From: Octopus sinensis
Taxonomy: Eukaryota
Assembly (NCBI RefSeq): GCF_006345805.1
Contig: NC_043009.1
Span: 38,936,001-39,000,000, forward strand
Length of the DNA: 64,000 bases
Reading direction: 5' to 3'
Shown: in pieces, positions 25,756-40,229 of the stretch
Position numbering within the stretch: position 1 is the stretch's first letter
Layout: every line of letters starts with the position of its first letter
Notes under the pieces: generated by a model
What the model saw: the letters and a program-made list of their open reading frames with translations, nothing else
Database searches by the model: none
Told to the model about the DNA's origin: nothing
Translations under genes and position numbers: made by a program

Positions 25756-26484
25756 TGTTATACTTTTGATATTTTTAAACATGTAATACTGTAACCTCAG
25801 GACTGCCAGTGACTTGGCGTTGTAGTAACGTGATGCAAAAACATTTGTAGGATGAAATTATTTTAAAATCTTGTTTTAAACATCTTCTGGCGTTTAAATG
25901 CAATTTATTTTATTTCGCTTTTTCTACTTTATTCACATGAAAGAAAGGGTGCCATTAGGCAATTGCAAGTAAATTCCTTGGAAAAGATACAACTGTTTTA
26001 AAAACAGGAAGGGTACAATTTGACTTGGCAGTTTTAGAACACAGCTAGAATACAGCTGATTATAGGTGCATGTATATATGTGTATATATATGTGTACATA
26101 TTACATGTACATCTATATTTATACATCTACACATAAAATACAAAATACAAAGTTATATCTTGATATCGCTAGTGATAACAATACTGAAAATATACAACAG
26201 ACTGGAATTGTAGGACTATTCCATTTCTGCACGCTAATTTTATTTTTAATTTATTCCCATTCATGTGAAACCACTTATTCAAGTTCAAATCCTTGATGCA
26301 ATTTTATACCAATTGCTATTTTTACTTTTGTTATGTTACGATTATATTATACTTTAGTTTGATTTTAATTATTACTTAGTACATATAATTCAATTGTTAT
26401 TATTATTTTTATTGTTAAAGTGAAAGTATCTGACATAAAATAGAGAAATGTTTTTGTTTCACTTTTAACATGTAATACTGAAAT

Positions 26485-26835
26485 AGTGGAGAAGATATGA
26501 TATTGCTATGGGCTCGCCCTAGGCAAGAAGTTGAACATTTTTTTGCCCATTAAACTACATGGACCCTAAGTAAGGCATGTGTAAAATTTGAATGAAATTG
26601 GTTGTGTAGTTCTCGAATTTTAGGGAATCGTAGTGGAGAAGATGTGATATTGCTATGGGCTCGCCCTAGGCAAAAAGTTAAACATTTTTTTACCGATGAC
26701 ACTCCCCGGACCCTAAGTAAGGCATATGTAAAATTTGAATGAAATTGGTTGTGTAGTTCTCAAGTTTTAGGGAAACACACAGACAGACAGACAGACACAC
26801 ACACACACACATTCTCAGTTTTACATATATAGAGA
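26485..26835 (+). mobile_element. Helentron/DINE-1-like element with an internal tandem duplication of about 147 bp
   Basis: tagtggagaagat(a/g)tgatattgctatgggctcgccctaggc...aaatttgaatgaaattggttgtgtagttctc occurs twice, followed by (CAGA)n(CA)n and tttt...atatatagag. Confidence 0.75.
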
Positions 26836-27017
26836 GATTAAGGAAAAGTGCAAAGCTGAAATTGGACTCCTAGGAATATTACAAAGGTGAAACTCAAAAG
26901 TGAATTCCTAATCCACGTAGCCATACCAGACAGTTGTCTGATAATTAGATAATGATGACAGATAATATAAACACCGTTGCCACAATGTGGCATATTAGTA
27001 CACTATATTTAAAATTA

Positions 27018-27257
27018 GTGGAGGCGCGTGGCTTAGTCGTTAGGGTGTTGAACTCACGATCGTAAATTTGTGGTTTCGATTCCTGGACCGCGCGATGTGT
27101 TGTATTCTTGAGCAAAACACTTCAATTCACGTTGCCCCAGTCCAATCTGCTGGCAAAAATGAGTAATCCTGCGTCCCGTCCAGGTGGGGAATTTCTACGC
27201 CACTGAAACCGGGAAACCAGCCCATCTGAGCTTGGCATGGCTCAAGAAGGAGCATTT
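27018..27257 (+). mobile_element. tRNA-derived SINE related to family D
   Basis: tRNA-like head and cttgagcaaaacactt core; 14-bp TSD tatatttaaaatta at 27004-27017 and 27258-27271. Confidence 0.9.
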
Positions 27258-27919
27258 TATATTTAAAATTAATTAATTAAAAAAAGGACAATTTTCTTTT
27301 ATACTTGGTCGGAAAGAAGGGGTGGTTTTTGTATCTTTTAGAAAACCCTTGGAAAATGATGAATTGCTTGTCCACTTGCAGAATAGGTGACATTTTAAGA
27401 AAACTTGCCATTCAAAGAAACAACGATTGGGCTGAATAATTAGTTAATACTGGACAGGAGCATGGGACACATTATGGGTTAAGAGAAGCAAAGAAACTTG
27501 AACGTCGGGAGGTCTTGAGGGGAGGTAGTATAGAAGCTGCTATACCATAGACACATATTGGTATCTGAGTGAAATAATAGATATAAAGACAAGAAAGCTT
27601 GCCTACGATCTAGGGGTTGATAAGTGTGGTAAATGTTCCATTCTTAATTAGTCGTATTAATTTATTAAAATCTCTTACTTGATTGAATTCCGTTGCTATA
27701 TAATAGTGTAGGGGTGACAATCTACTATGTAAATTTGATGACAAAAATAAATCAAGCTCTCTTTTCGTTCGACCCGTATAGACAAAGTGAAAGAGAAATA
27801 GGTCGCGTCTTTTAATGAATTGATCCATAACTTTAGTTTCATATAGGCAGAGACAACAAAAAATTCCCTAAAGTGTACCAACTACATTTGACCAGTGTCA
27901 ATTGTGGCTCTAGTGCGCG

Positions 27920-27961
<42 letters not shown>

Positions 27962-28249
27962 TTGTGTGTGTATATATGTATACATACATACATATAGATA
28001 CCTCATATGTATAATTTATACAATAAATTAATAATTTTATATGTATATATTTATATAATTATATTAAGGTATCAAAGGTGAAAATAGAACGACTTATCTC
28101 CAACATGCTTGAAAATGCACTCGCTCGCCTACAATCCGTGTTTATTTTTGGAGTTTCGGTAATAAGTGCATGCCTCGGCATTTTCGAGAATGCTGGAGAA
28201 TTTTTTCACTCTTGATCCTTTAATATAATTATATATATATGTATATATA

Positions 28250-28591
28250 GTGAAGGCGCGTGGCTCTGTGGTTAGAGCGTCGAGCTTACGATCATGAGGT
28301 TGTGAGCTCGAATCCCGGACCGGGCTGCGTGTTGTAATCTTGAGCAAGACACTTTATTTCACGTTGCTCCAGTTTACTCAGCTGTAGAAATGAGTTGCGA
28401 CGTCACAGGTGCCAAGCTGTATCGGCCCTTGCCTTTCCCTTGGACAACATCGGTGACGTGGAGAGGGGAGGCCGGTATGCATGGGCGACTGCTGGTCTTC
28501 CATAAAACAACCTTACCTGGACTTGTGCCTCAGAGGGTAACTCTCTAGGTGCAAACCCATGGTCAGTGTCTGACCGAAGGGGGTCACCACC
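28250..28591 (+). mobile_element. tRNA-derived SINE family D with a CORE-like central domain
   Basis: ggcgcgtggctctgtggttagagcg...tcgaatcccggacc head; ttgagcaagacacttt...ccagtttactcagctgtagaaatg resembles the CORE-type domain. Confidence 0.85.
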
Positions 28592-29289
28592 ATATATATA
28601 TATAATTAATTTAATGTATAAATTACGTATAAATTTTTATTCCATGCTGACTACCTGATGAAAATCATTAACGTGATTTTATCCTTATATCCTCGTATAT
28701 ATGTACATATATAGAGTTAAATCGGACATTAACAATAACAATAACAAAACAACAAGCGGACGTGCATATTACAAGTATTAGAAGCACGGTAAAGTGGTAA
28801 AGGGAGAGTTTTTGATGCTCCGACCATGACTCTTCGTTAGAAAGGATAACGGAAGACGGAAAAATATCACAAACAGCACACACATGTATGTATGTATGAT
28901 TTACGGAGTCTTTTAACATTAAAAGTTAAAATTACAAAACATTTCTTTTTCTTTTTCAAACGGACCGATGAGCCAACTTTCAATATCGCCAAGGGCAATG
29001 TGTTTCACACTCCTGTCGTTGTGAGTGTTCGTTGCAACAAGACACATTCAAATGTGATTCGCTTTTCATTCTCATTTTCCCATCCGTCGGACACCCACAC
29101 TTATTTTCAGCTGGCTAAAATGTAGTCTACACTGAGTCATAACGTAATAGCGACGACAGTATTTGTAACTTGACTACAAAGATCGTAAAACAGACTTCAT
29201 ATTTATGTATATTTATTATGGTAGTTTTGACTTTAAGAATCTTTCATAACGTGAGGCTTTTTATGTGTAGTAATCGTAGTAATCCCTTA

Positions 29290-29317
29290 ATATAATAATA
29301 TAATATAATATAATATA

Positions 29318-29401
<84 letters not shown>
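29290..29401. repeat. (TAA)/(TA)n microsatellite
   Basis: Directly visible. Confidence 0.95.
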
Positions 29402-29403
<2 letters not shown>

Positions 29404-32400
29404 TCAATGAAACAAAGAGACAATCACGGTAGTAAAAAAATCGAATTCGTTTCAGCGATCGTAAAATATGGAAACAAATACCCCTAGGAGCATACAACTC
29501 TATTAGGATTAAAAATAACGGGATCCCATGGTTCAAACAAAAAGAACAATTTCATCGTTGAAAACGGAAATTAGTGGGAACATATTTAACATACTAAAGA
29601 TTTGAGTAGGCGACAAGAGCTGAATCTATTAGTTTACTCCCTGTATGATTTTCGCGAATATTGAAATGATTTAATGATATTTTATATTTAGGTATTCTGA
29701 TATTGCCACGTTTTGGAGAATGAATAACTTGCAAGATTGTTGGGACGATAATCACTTACAGAAGTCTAACGTTCTATGCGGAATATAAACGAATATATTT
29801 TCCAAATATAGTGATACTGACTACACTGCGTAAATTTCCCACATGAACATAAAGGTTGAAATGTCGCAGTTTACAATTTTATCCATACCATTTTATCTTG
29901 CGCAATTTCAGTCTTGAATATGGTTAGCCGATTCTGAGGCCAATATTAAGAAATAAAAGATGGCAGTATTATTTTTTTTCCGCTGACATTCTCTTAGCTT
30001 CATACTATAATAGAATCTTTGTGATGTATTTCTGAGATGTTAAAAAAGACTCCTTGTAGAAGCATAATCAAATTAGAACTGTGCACAATGCACCTAATAT
30101 TCAATTAGAATTTTCCTTCTATAGAGTAAGCCAACGTTTCTCATTAATTTGCTCCATCAATGAGCCCATATGTCGCAAGAATATGTCGTGGCGCACATCT
30201 ATTCAATGTCTTAGTGGCATTCATTGAATAAGTGTCTCTTCGTTTTATCTTATTTCTTTTCTTTCTCATTTACTATTCGGACAGTCATGGTCTTAAACTT
30301 GCCTTCATTTTTGTTTCCTTATAAAATTACCTTGTTGAATTCGTTTACAAATCTCACTCAAAATTTCATATTTCCTTGTTCATCTATTTCAATATTTTTG
30401 CTATGTTTTGTCTGCAGATTTTCAGTTTCTCGTTGTTGTTCTTGTATAATCCAGATCGACCCTAACGGAGCAGTCCTATAGTATGTTAGATACATGTAGA
30501 TATACCACTCCAGTTATGCTATATCTCTACGCACAAACTATGTACAACAGTAATGGTTTTGCAGGATAACTGAAATATATGCGTAAATCTGTTGATGTGT
30601 GGGTCAACCCTGATGAAGTAGTAATTTAATCAAATAGACCGGAAACCTTAAATATGCTTTCTTTCTCCGAAATACACCATATCTATGAATTCAAAATTGC
30701 CCTTCCCATCTAAAGACGGTGAGGTGTAGCATGGAGAAAATTTAGTTGTTATTTAAAGTAGATCAAGTAACTCTGTAGAGGCTTCCTCTAATATTTGTGG
30801 TGAGAGGTTGATGAAGTAATTGTATAAGAGATAAGCTGTGGAACAAAATATAAATGTTTCGTTTTTTTTGGTTTGCCTCACTATGCTCTTTGTTCTGGTA
30901 TTTTCCTGGTGTTGTCTACAGCAGAGGCTGGAAAAATGGACTCGGTTGAAATGTTTCTCTTAACGTTTTGGCATTTAAGAATAATGTTCGCTACTGTTGA
31001 TCACTTTTGCTTTTTTGGTGATAGTGCTACGAAATGAAACGTCGAACTTATTGACGCAATAAGTGCTACCTTTAGCACGTTTGGTTGAAGACAGTTTCCT
31101 AATAGCGGTTGACATTTTATGCAAATATATTTAGGAAAACTCTTCATGAGGCTGTGTGTAATAATGTGGTTGTACGTTAAATATTTCAATTTTAAAATAG
31201 CAGTATCACTAACTGTATTTTCATTTCTATCACGGAAAATATGGTTTGAGTCGAAAAACACGTATGCTCTTCATGCTATCATGTCTCTTTTTATGTTATT
31301 TGTTTTATTTTCATGACAGAATGTTGTATGTTGTAGTTTTCGTATGCAACCTGGTAGGACTATTAGTAAAGTTGGTAGTGGTATGAATATATTTAACATA
31401 TTCATTTGATTTATGTTGCTTGTTTCTTTTTTGTCTAATGAGTCGCCAAGCTCTATCTGAGTTCAAATGTTGTTTTAACATATAGGACATTCAGGATTCA
31501 TGAATAAGTATGTTACATATTTGAACTTATGCTATGAATTTATCTAATATTTCCGAAGTGTAATTCAGTACTTAATCATTTCTGTATTGTTATTTTAATT
31601 TTAATTCTTATATTCATGCAATTCCGATGATTTATATGAAGGTAAGAAAATGATTTTCGTTGTAATATGTTCAGCTTGTGGCTGATGTTTGGTATTTCAT
31701 GTGAACTATGTTTCATTTTTTTGTGCTAGTCGTTTTTAATATTGCTGTTGTGTGTAGCTCTGCATCAATCCTCGTCGAGCAATCCAAATAGTCATATATG
31801 ATCGGTTGAACGACAAAGTGCGATAGATTCAAATCAGCCATCTGAGTTATACGATGCCACCGTCTCGCTGAAAAATATTGCACGCACCAGCATGAAATAA
31901 TGAATCAGATGATATGCTGTGTGACAATATGAAGATATTTCACTCTTTCCATTGACCGGTTTATTTTTGTACAATGGTAGAAAGTGATTGAACCAGGCAA
32001 AAATTGACTCGATCGGTGCGAGAGGGCTGCCATACCCCTGCTCTTATTACTGGTGTTTTACACATATCATTTCCTTTATACCTTTGTCTTTAAACACAAT
32101 CAATGATATATGCAAATGGGTAAGGTAGAAAAACTGCGAAGGAAAAGGAAACAAAGACACTGTATCATCGGCCATGCAATATGGAAATAAGCACCAACAA
32201 GGTCACACGAATATAAGCAAAAATGAGCTAAGAGAAATAACTCAGAGTAGCCAATGGCATGTATTTGAACAGCAAAAACAAATAAAGGTGAATCAAATAA
32301 CGTCAAACATAATACATGTTTATATTAAAATTATCGCCGCCTGTGGAAGGTGTATTATAATTACCAAATGATAATTATAACCGCAGCACTTGAGAAGGTC

Positions 32401-34218
32401 GTGTGTTATCTCAAGTGACGAGTTTTCTAAAGGGACATGCCATTAAAGAAAAGGACACAGTAAGAGGACAGTCATGGGTTCGGTTCCTGATTCATTAGAT
32501 CAACAATGTAACTCTTGTTTAAAAGTAAAATACGTACGAAGGTGGAAACAGTGGCTTGGTGTGTTTAAACATCGTAGCTTACAAGGCTGATTTAAATTGA
32601 TTATGATGTATTAACATATATTGATTAATGATGACCCAGTCGGCTAATGAATATTCATAAACATATAATCGAATTTAAACGCAGTTCATATTCTTTGGAA
32701 ATCTAAGAGTATTAAATGAACTTATTTTAAGGTTTATTACTTTTCACGAAACCAAAGATGCTTTGTTCTAATTTTTATACCAGTTTCAAAGAAAGAAGCG
32801 TAAATGGTGCCGCTATTCATTTTATTAGTAATTGCTCAAAATAAATAAAATCTATACAGAAATGCATAAATTTTGTACATTTTCTGTGTTACAAATGAAA
32901 CATATATATCATGTTTTAATGTATTTGAAATGTAAATACCTTGGAAAGTTTCGAGTTTAGTTTGATTAAGGATACATTGCACGATTATTCTTGTCAAGAA
33001 AAGAGTCACCAGTGAATACAGACATGAAACTAATCAGAATGCATGAGTTTTCTAGCTTCAGATAGTGTAGCAACAGTGGAATATAATTTGTATGTATCGG
33101 AAATGAACTTTGAGTAACATACGAAGATAATCTTGGCATCAATGAAATACGCAATTTTCTCGTACTCACTCTTGGGAGATATTGCAATCGATAAGATTTA
33201 CCAATTATAATTAGTGCTCATTTTATTAACTTATCGCTACATCTGATCATAGATTAGGAGAAACGTCTGTCAGGGATAAAATCAAGCAGTAAATGGAGGA
33301 ATTACACGTAAGTAAATGAACCCATCACAAATAATAATGATGTGGATTTTATGAAGATACAAACAATCAAAGTTACTATTAGTGCCATTCTTTGCGACAG
33401 CTTCAATAATTGGCATAATATTTCTTAAAATGATAATTTATTAGAACAAAGGTGACTTTGGTGATAGGATGTCTATCATATTGAAATCTCAGAAGATTTT
33501 CTCTTCACTGCTTCTTTATTATAAAGATGTTAATATTGACAGAAAGAATAAATAACATTTTGATAACAAAAATATTGCAACAACAATATAAAAATATAAC
33601 GTTTTATATTTTTTCAAATCAAATATTTTTGCAGTTTTGTTTCCTTCGTCACTAGTCTATCTGTTTTCAATTTGGTGTAAACCAACAGATGTTGCATTTG
33701 AGAAAAGTATTTTCATTGGAATGAATAACGCCAATTTTTTTTCTTATGACAAAAATGATTTTATTTAGTAACTTCTTTATTATTGTTCAAGTTCAAAAGT
33801 TAATGGAATTTAAGACAGATTTTTTATCGTCTGAAAACTATCTCATTGTGCATAAATCATGGCGTCTATAGTGCCGAAATAACTTTATATATATTCGGTA
33901 TCTTAATTCCCAACATGCTATATTCTTAACATATGACAAACACGAGGTATCTCATTTGGAAACAAGACGTAAACCTAATACAAAGCTAATCAACATGAAG
34001 GCAGATTATCAGGTTCTCATTCAGTATATTTCCCTTTCGATAAAAATATAAAGATATAATTTATATTAGTGAAAATAATGCCTAGGAATCACTTAATATA
34101 TTATATTGTAAGCTATAAAAATATATAGTTTATTAACGGCAGAAAAATATTTGAATTATCTCGCTGTATTTGTTAATGAATTCCGTATAATTTTCAATAG
34201 TAGCAATGTGTACATACA

Positions 34219-34282
<64 letters not shown>

Positions 34283-34289
34283 CATTGAT

Positions 34290-34521
34290 AAAAATGGTAA
34301 GACAGCAATAGAAAGAAAGAGACCTCGATATTATGTAAATGGAGGAATTTATCTGTAAATGTAATATGTGACAATTATTCGGTAGCCATGATAAAACTCC
34401 GAGTTTTTGATGCCGAGGTGGAAATCCCCTCAAAAGATGGCGACGTGGATTTCCACCTCGGCTTCCGAAACTCGGAGTTTTATAATGGCTACTGAATAAT
34501 TGTCAGATATTACATTTACAG

Positions 34522-34525
<4 letters not shown>
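34290..34525. mobile_element. Inverted duplication of a PLE-type tail with a hammerhead remnant, embedded in (TA)n
   Basis: Arms about 34351-34427 and 34447-34523; roughly 90% identical by eye to the reverse complement of 49520-49650. Confidence 0.8.
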
Positions 34526-34552
<27 letters not shown>

Positions 34553-34619
34553 ATATTAAATGATAAAACGAATGATTTACACATAGTAGCTTACTGGTAA
34601 AGCACAGTTAATTTCACAG

Positions 34620-35780
34620 TGTTCGTTATGTATATGGTAAATGAACGACGGAAGCTGCAATATGCGAGAATTTATTATTAATCACGACAGTTATTTCGAC
34701 ACATCTAGCATCGATCCCTCACGGATGGAACACTTAACAACTGGTTCAGGAGTATCCGGCGGTGCAGATGTGTCTCATTGGGTGATAAACAGACACAACT
34801 CGTTAAAATGACAGTTCCGCAGTGTATCTTCTCATTTCGTAGAAAAAAAAGCAGCAAAACGAAAGAAATATCTTCATGTACATAACATAGAAGATCAAAA
34901 ATAAAATCACAAATGCAAAAAAGAAACGAACACACAATACAGCGAGAAAAACTATCAAAATCAACAGTTAACAAATATGTATGTATAAACGTCCTCGCGC
35001 AAGCTGCATGGCGAGTTTACATTCACTCCGCAAAAATGTAAGCATACTTACACGTGAGGTTTGGTGTACTCATGATCACAAAGCGAGTTAAATAGCTATT
35101 TGCTGTTTATAAGAATGGGGAGGTTAAAGCTAAACTTAATTATGTTAAAAGTAAAAGTAAAAATATGTTAAAAGTTACTTAAATTCATTCCCGATGCATT
35201 GTACATTTATACGCGTGTAGGCATTTTGAGAGCCTTTCAAAAATTTTATTTATGATATTCTCAGTGGCCCACAGAATAAACAGGGATTCCTCGGAGCAGA
35301 GACGGCGTCTCCTGGAAATGATATTGTATGGTTAGGCATGCCTTACTATGGCCCAAGTTATCTTGTACTTAATTTTACACTCCTTCAGTCGCCATACAAA
35401 ATCGACCAAAGATGTTGAATGTCTCTTATTGATTCTCTTAAAGCTGGCGGCATATTGACGATAACGATTCTTAAATGAATCAGTCGCCTGACCAATGTAA
35501 ACATACGACCCTCCCCTTGTGTGCACAGTACATTTATATACAAAGTTTGTACTCATACAGAGGTTCATCAATGGGCATTTTGATATTTCTCTGCATGAGC
35601 ATTTATCATATCTATTTATTTTCCGCTGAGACACATCTGCACTGCCGTGCTCCTGATCTAGTTGTTAAGTGTCCCACCTATGAGGGGTCGATGCTAGATG
35701 TGTCGAAACATCTGCCATGATTAAATCATAAATTCTCGTATATTCCATCTGCTTTCTTTCATTTACCATACACACACAAA
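34620..35780 (-). mobile_element. Penelope-like element 3' fragment (GIY-YIG) with an inverted copy of its tail at the 5' end
   Basis: CSCREISKCPLMNLCMSTNFVYKCTVHTRGGSYVYIGQATDSFKNRYRQYAASF...HSTSLVDFVWRLK...KITWAIV. Segments 34620-34780 and 35625-35780 are an inverted pair. Confidence 0.9.
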
Positions 35781-36047
35781 CACACACACCACATAAAATT
35801 AAATATAGAATAAAATCTATATAAGAATTTATCAAGTAGTCAGCGTGAAAATCATATAAGGAAAAACATTATAATTATTTCCTTTAAATACATTTATTAT
35901 ATTAAAGCATTCCTACACATGTGTCTTGATTATGCCTGCACTGACGATTAGAAAACGGATTATATACACTAACTTTTAAATCATATGATTTGCGGCTGAA
36001 TCTGTTTTTAAGGGTCAGCTTCCAAGTTGCATTCCCTCGCTGCCGGT

Positions 36048-36114
<67 letters not shown>

Positions 36115-37789
36115 CACACACATAAACACACAAATATGTATGTATGTATGTATACAACTCTTCACGATAACAGCAACCTAAAGATATTAGAGTATGTTCA
36201 GCCTTATATTTCACCTAAATGTAAAGTAATAATAGCTTCAGTTTTAGTATTGATCAATTACGAAATAGCTTACACACTGTGATTTGCTATTAGAAAATGA
36301 TGTAGTCAGTCAGCTACTTGAATATATTTAATGTGCATTTAATTCATGAACTTCAATGATTTAGTCTACCTCCTACAAAATATAATTCCTCCATCTATAC
36401 GTAAATTGCAACGTATGCATAAGTGTAAAGTATGTTATGGAAAGACGTTCTCAACGAAATAACTCACAATAGATACATTAAACATAATTTGCACGAAGAA
36501 GGTCATGTCGCAATTATTATGGGCTTTTACATGATAAAATGCGCTTCTCTAATCATTCGGCATTTTTATTCTGGTCATTCATTGAATTCATGCTATTTCA
36601 AATGTATGCAATTACTTAGATGGGTCACTGCATTTCTAAAAGGGCGAAATATAATTCGATGTATTCGGCTTTACATTTAGTTCTGTCAATTTATTCAGTC
36701 CGCCACTGAAGATATAGTGCCAGGATTTTACTACAGTGATATGCTGTTGGTGTTTCGTTAACAAATACAGTTCGTCTACACAGGATTTTGCTTGTAAAAT
36801 GCTTACCCTCAACATTTTAAAAAGTACAATTTTTCTTTTCAACAAGATATAAAACATGAATCAGACAATTTTTAGAAGCTATATCGATGAAGTCTAACAA
36901 ATCTTATATTCATGTATAATAACTTACATTATAATCATAAATCCTTTTCAACTGACAATAATCTTTTGATATGATGCTTTGTTTCATATAAGATGAATTA
37001 AATCTATTTCTTACGTTACCCATTGAGATAGAAGCACCTAATTAATCTTTAAAGAATTCATTAAGCGCGACACAGTACTGTTTAGTGACTAAGTCTTAAC
37101 GTGTTATTTCGCTAGAATCTGTTATTAACTTTCTCTCTGTAAAATACTATTTAAACACATTATTTATATTATTTGTTATAAACGTTTTCATACAAAGGAT
37201 CATTATCATCATTATCTCACAATTATTGCATAATCATTATATTATTTTCTCAATAGGTGGTGTATATTTAATGTCTCCTGTATATTTGGCCATAAGTTTA
37301 GTTTTGATTTATTACGCAGTGTTGAAACAAATATAAAAAGCAGGATATTTTTTTGTGGTTGGCTTCAACCATAACATATTAAGTTGCTATATTTATTGAC
37401 AAATTACGCTACAGCTCTCAACCAACTCCATCACAGACACACACGCATTTGGATCCACTCTCTCTTACACATACACATTTATACACATATACACATACAG
37501 GTGTATGTGTATATAAGTGCTACATATACGTCCATGCATGCGTGTGTTATGAAATTCAACGCATAATTGAGCACTCTATCCGTTAAGAGAGTAAAAATAT
37601 TATTATTAAGAAAAGCAACACATACCCCCCCAAAAAAAAAATAATAACCTTGCAAAATTTGGATGCCCAGGATTTCTTTCCTCGAATATTAAATTTATTT
37701 CGCCATTTTACAAGGTGGTAATATCAACAAGGCTGTTTAGTAAGTGCATACGAGTTAAGAGAAGTTGAAACGAATATGCAAAGTTTGAA

Positions 37790-37900
37790 AGAGAGAAAGA
37801 GAAAGAGAGAGAAAGAGAAAGGGGGAGAGAGAAAGACAGCTAGAGGAAGAGAGAGAGAAAGGGAGAGCGAGAGCGATGGTGAGAGAGAACGATCAAGGGA
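37790..37900. repeat. (GA)n-rich tract
   Basis: Directly visible. Confidence 0.85.
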
Positions 37901-39815
37901 AAGAAAATCATCGAACAGCAAATGTAGACAGTTGCTTAAGAGAGGCAAAAAAATTACGGTCCATCCGATGACTTGTCTTTAGTATTTGCTACAAGTATTC
38001 TTTGAGAAATGCCGATATAAGTTGGAAACACAAAATCGAGGTTCAATTGTTGGAAGATGCATAACTAAAAAATGTCAAATTTTGAACTGGAGAAAAATCT
38101 TGAATATTTTTATTCTTCCACTTACAGTTTCTGTTTGTGTATTTGTGTATGTGTGGGTGTACACATATGCGTTTACAAACAAACATGCTAAGTATATTTC
38201 TGATATGATGCTAATTTTTTCCTGCACTGATAATCGCTTCAGTGAACACTGTAGCTCCCCATCACAATATATATTCCATATAAAGTATCATTGGTGAAGT
38301 ATGAAATAAACTCTTGAAATTTCTCTAAGGTATGATACACATATATAATTGTTTATTTTCTGCAACATGGGAGGTAAATTATTCTGGTCTTGCTTGAAAT
38401 CATTTATGATGATGTTAAACTCTCAATCAGCATTAAGTAAATGCAACATGATTGCCGAGCCTTATTCCCCTTTGCTTTAAAATCGATTTTTAAGTAGCTA
38501 GCTACACTAGTAGAAATATATTGACAAGGTCTTTCATAGATGACTTGTATTAAATGTGCTCCCATTGAAATTATTGGAAAATACTGGAAATATTTTTTTA
38601 ATTTGCTTTTGCTTTTCTGGAAGGAATATATGAAATATTAACAAATAAATAAATAAATAAATAAATAAAAAGGAACTGAATTAATGAACATTACTTGCTT
38701 CTTCATTTTTATAGAAATAATAATTATTATAACGAAGCTACAATACAATGAAATGGTTACTATAATGAAAATGTGTGAAGCAAAACCATTCCGAAAGTTA
38801 TTTTGAAATTCTTCTCGACAATTATATGGCGGTAACACCGACAGAATTTAATTTAAATTAATATCAGCGCAGTAAGGTTTCGCTGTATATTTGAATTTTA
38901 ATCAATTTTATAAGCTTAAAAACATGACAAATCATCAAAACTGTTCATTAAAATTAAATAAGCACCATCAGATGTTAAGCGAAAGCAATTGAAGCTGAAG
39001 ATAAGGCAAAAAAGAATTAAATAGAAAGAAAATGAAAACTAATAAATTTATTAGCAGGTAGGAAGTTAAAAAATACCAGGATCCTATTAATCACGGAGAG
39101 AAAATATCTAATGTTCAGTGATATTATACATTAGTGAATATTTTAAATGTGCGTTTTTAATAAAATCACTACATATTACAAGTATTTCCATCGTTGATTT
39201 GAAACTCAAAACTAAATTGAATTACAGAATATCTGAATTTCATTAAAACTCTATGAAGGACCCTTTATGCGTTAAAACAAAGGTTAAAAACCCAAAACAC
39301 ACAGCTCTTTCATCGTCGAGAGTGGTTTCTGCAACATGAGATAGTGCATTGGGTTGGACAGCCAACGGCTTTTATTCTACTACTGGTTGGTACAGTCGGT
39401 CTCTGACAATAGCACGTATCTCGTAATTAATGAATAATGTTTAGTTAGTTTACAGGCATAGCAAACCGCGCTAATGTATCACCAATTAAATAATTATACA
39501 GAGACGAAACGGTATATTAAGTGGTGTTTGTGGACATTAGTTAAGCTGTTGTAAAGGTGGCATTAACAAACAAGAGGTTATTGCGATAGAATAAATATTT
39601 TATTAAAGACAAGAATTTTAAATATGATATTCTTGCAGAGACTGCTAATATGTTGGATGTCGTGTTAAAAGAGTAAAATTTGCATTAATATCTCGGTGAA
39701 ATATCGTTCAATGATTGAGCAGTCTCTGTAGTACAATTAGTATTCTGATGAACGTTCTCAGCAAAGCAAGTAGCATTCTAAGACGCTATGTGTATGTATT
39801 AAAAATGTTATAAGT

Positions 39816-40229
39816 ACTAGCAGCATCACCCGGCGTTGCTCAGATTTGTTTCGACCCTTTACTTTACAATTGGAATTTTTGAAAAGTAAAAATTTTGCAT
39901 TATGTATTCTCTTTAAGTGAACATTTTATGTATTCTCTTTAAGTGAACATTTTTCTTGTTGAAATACACCGAAACATGGCGACACAGCAGTCAAAAAATC
40001 CTTAAAAAATAGGGATTTTCATAGAAAAAAAGCACCTTTTTGATGTAAATAATTTTTGGTCTTAACATGGTCCAATTTGAATTTTATCTTCTGCGGAATA
40101 AAGAGCAAGCCTTCTTCTATCATACTCTCAAATTTGGTCAACTTGTGCCGCAGGGTCTCGGAGGAGATAGTATTAGTTGAAGGCTACCAAACCTACCACA
40201 CACAACTTCAGCTTTATATATAGAGAGAT
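39816..40229 (+). mobile_element. Helentron-associated (DINE-1/HINE-like) element
   Basis: Starts actagcagcatcacccggcgttgctc and ends cttcagctttatatatagagagat|t; internal duplication of about 27 bp (tatgtattctctttaagtgaacatttt) at about 39901-39955. Confidence 0.8.

Noticed and set aside
17756-28330. tRNA-like sequences at SINE heads (17756, 27018, 28250)
   Set aside because: No complete cloverleaf; each continues into a SINE body, and two have clear TSDs.
30455-30480. Short exon-like IDPNGAVL(Y), reminiscent of a Cys-loop receptor beta-strand
   Set aside because: Only 8 residues, and no other ligand-gated channel exons (Cys loop, TM1-4) were found in the window.
30609-30650. CTGATGA...GGAAAC hammerhead-like boxes
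   Set aside because: No stem II, stem III or stem I complementarity.
36805-36840. RKIVLFKMLR|gtaagc, similar to the end of the 55652 exon
   Set aside because: The similarity covers about 25 nt of low-complexity A/T sequence and does not extend upstream.
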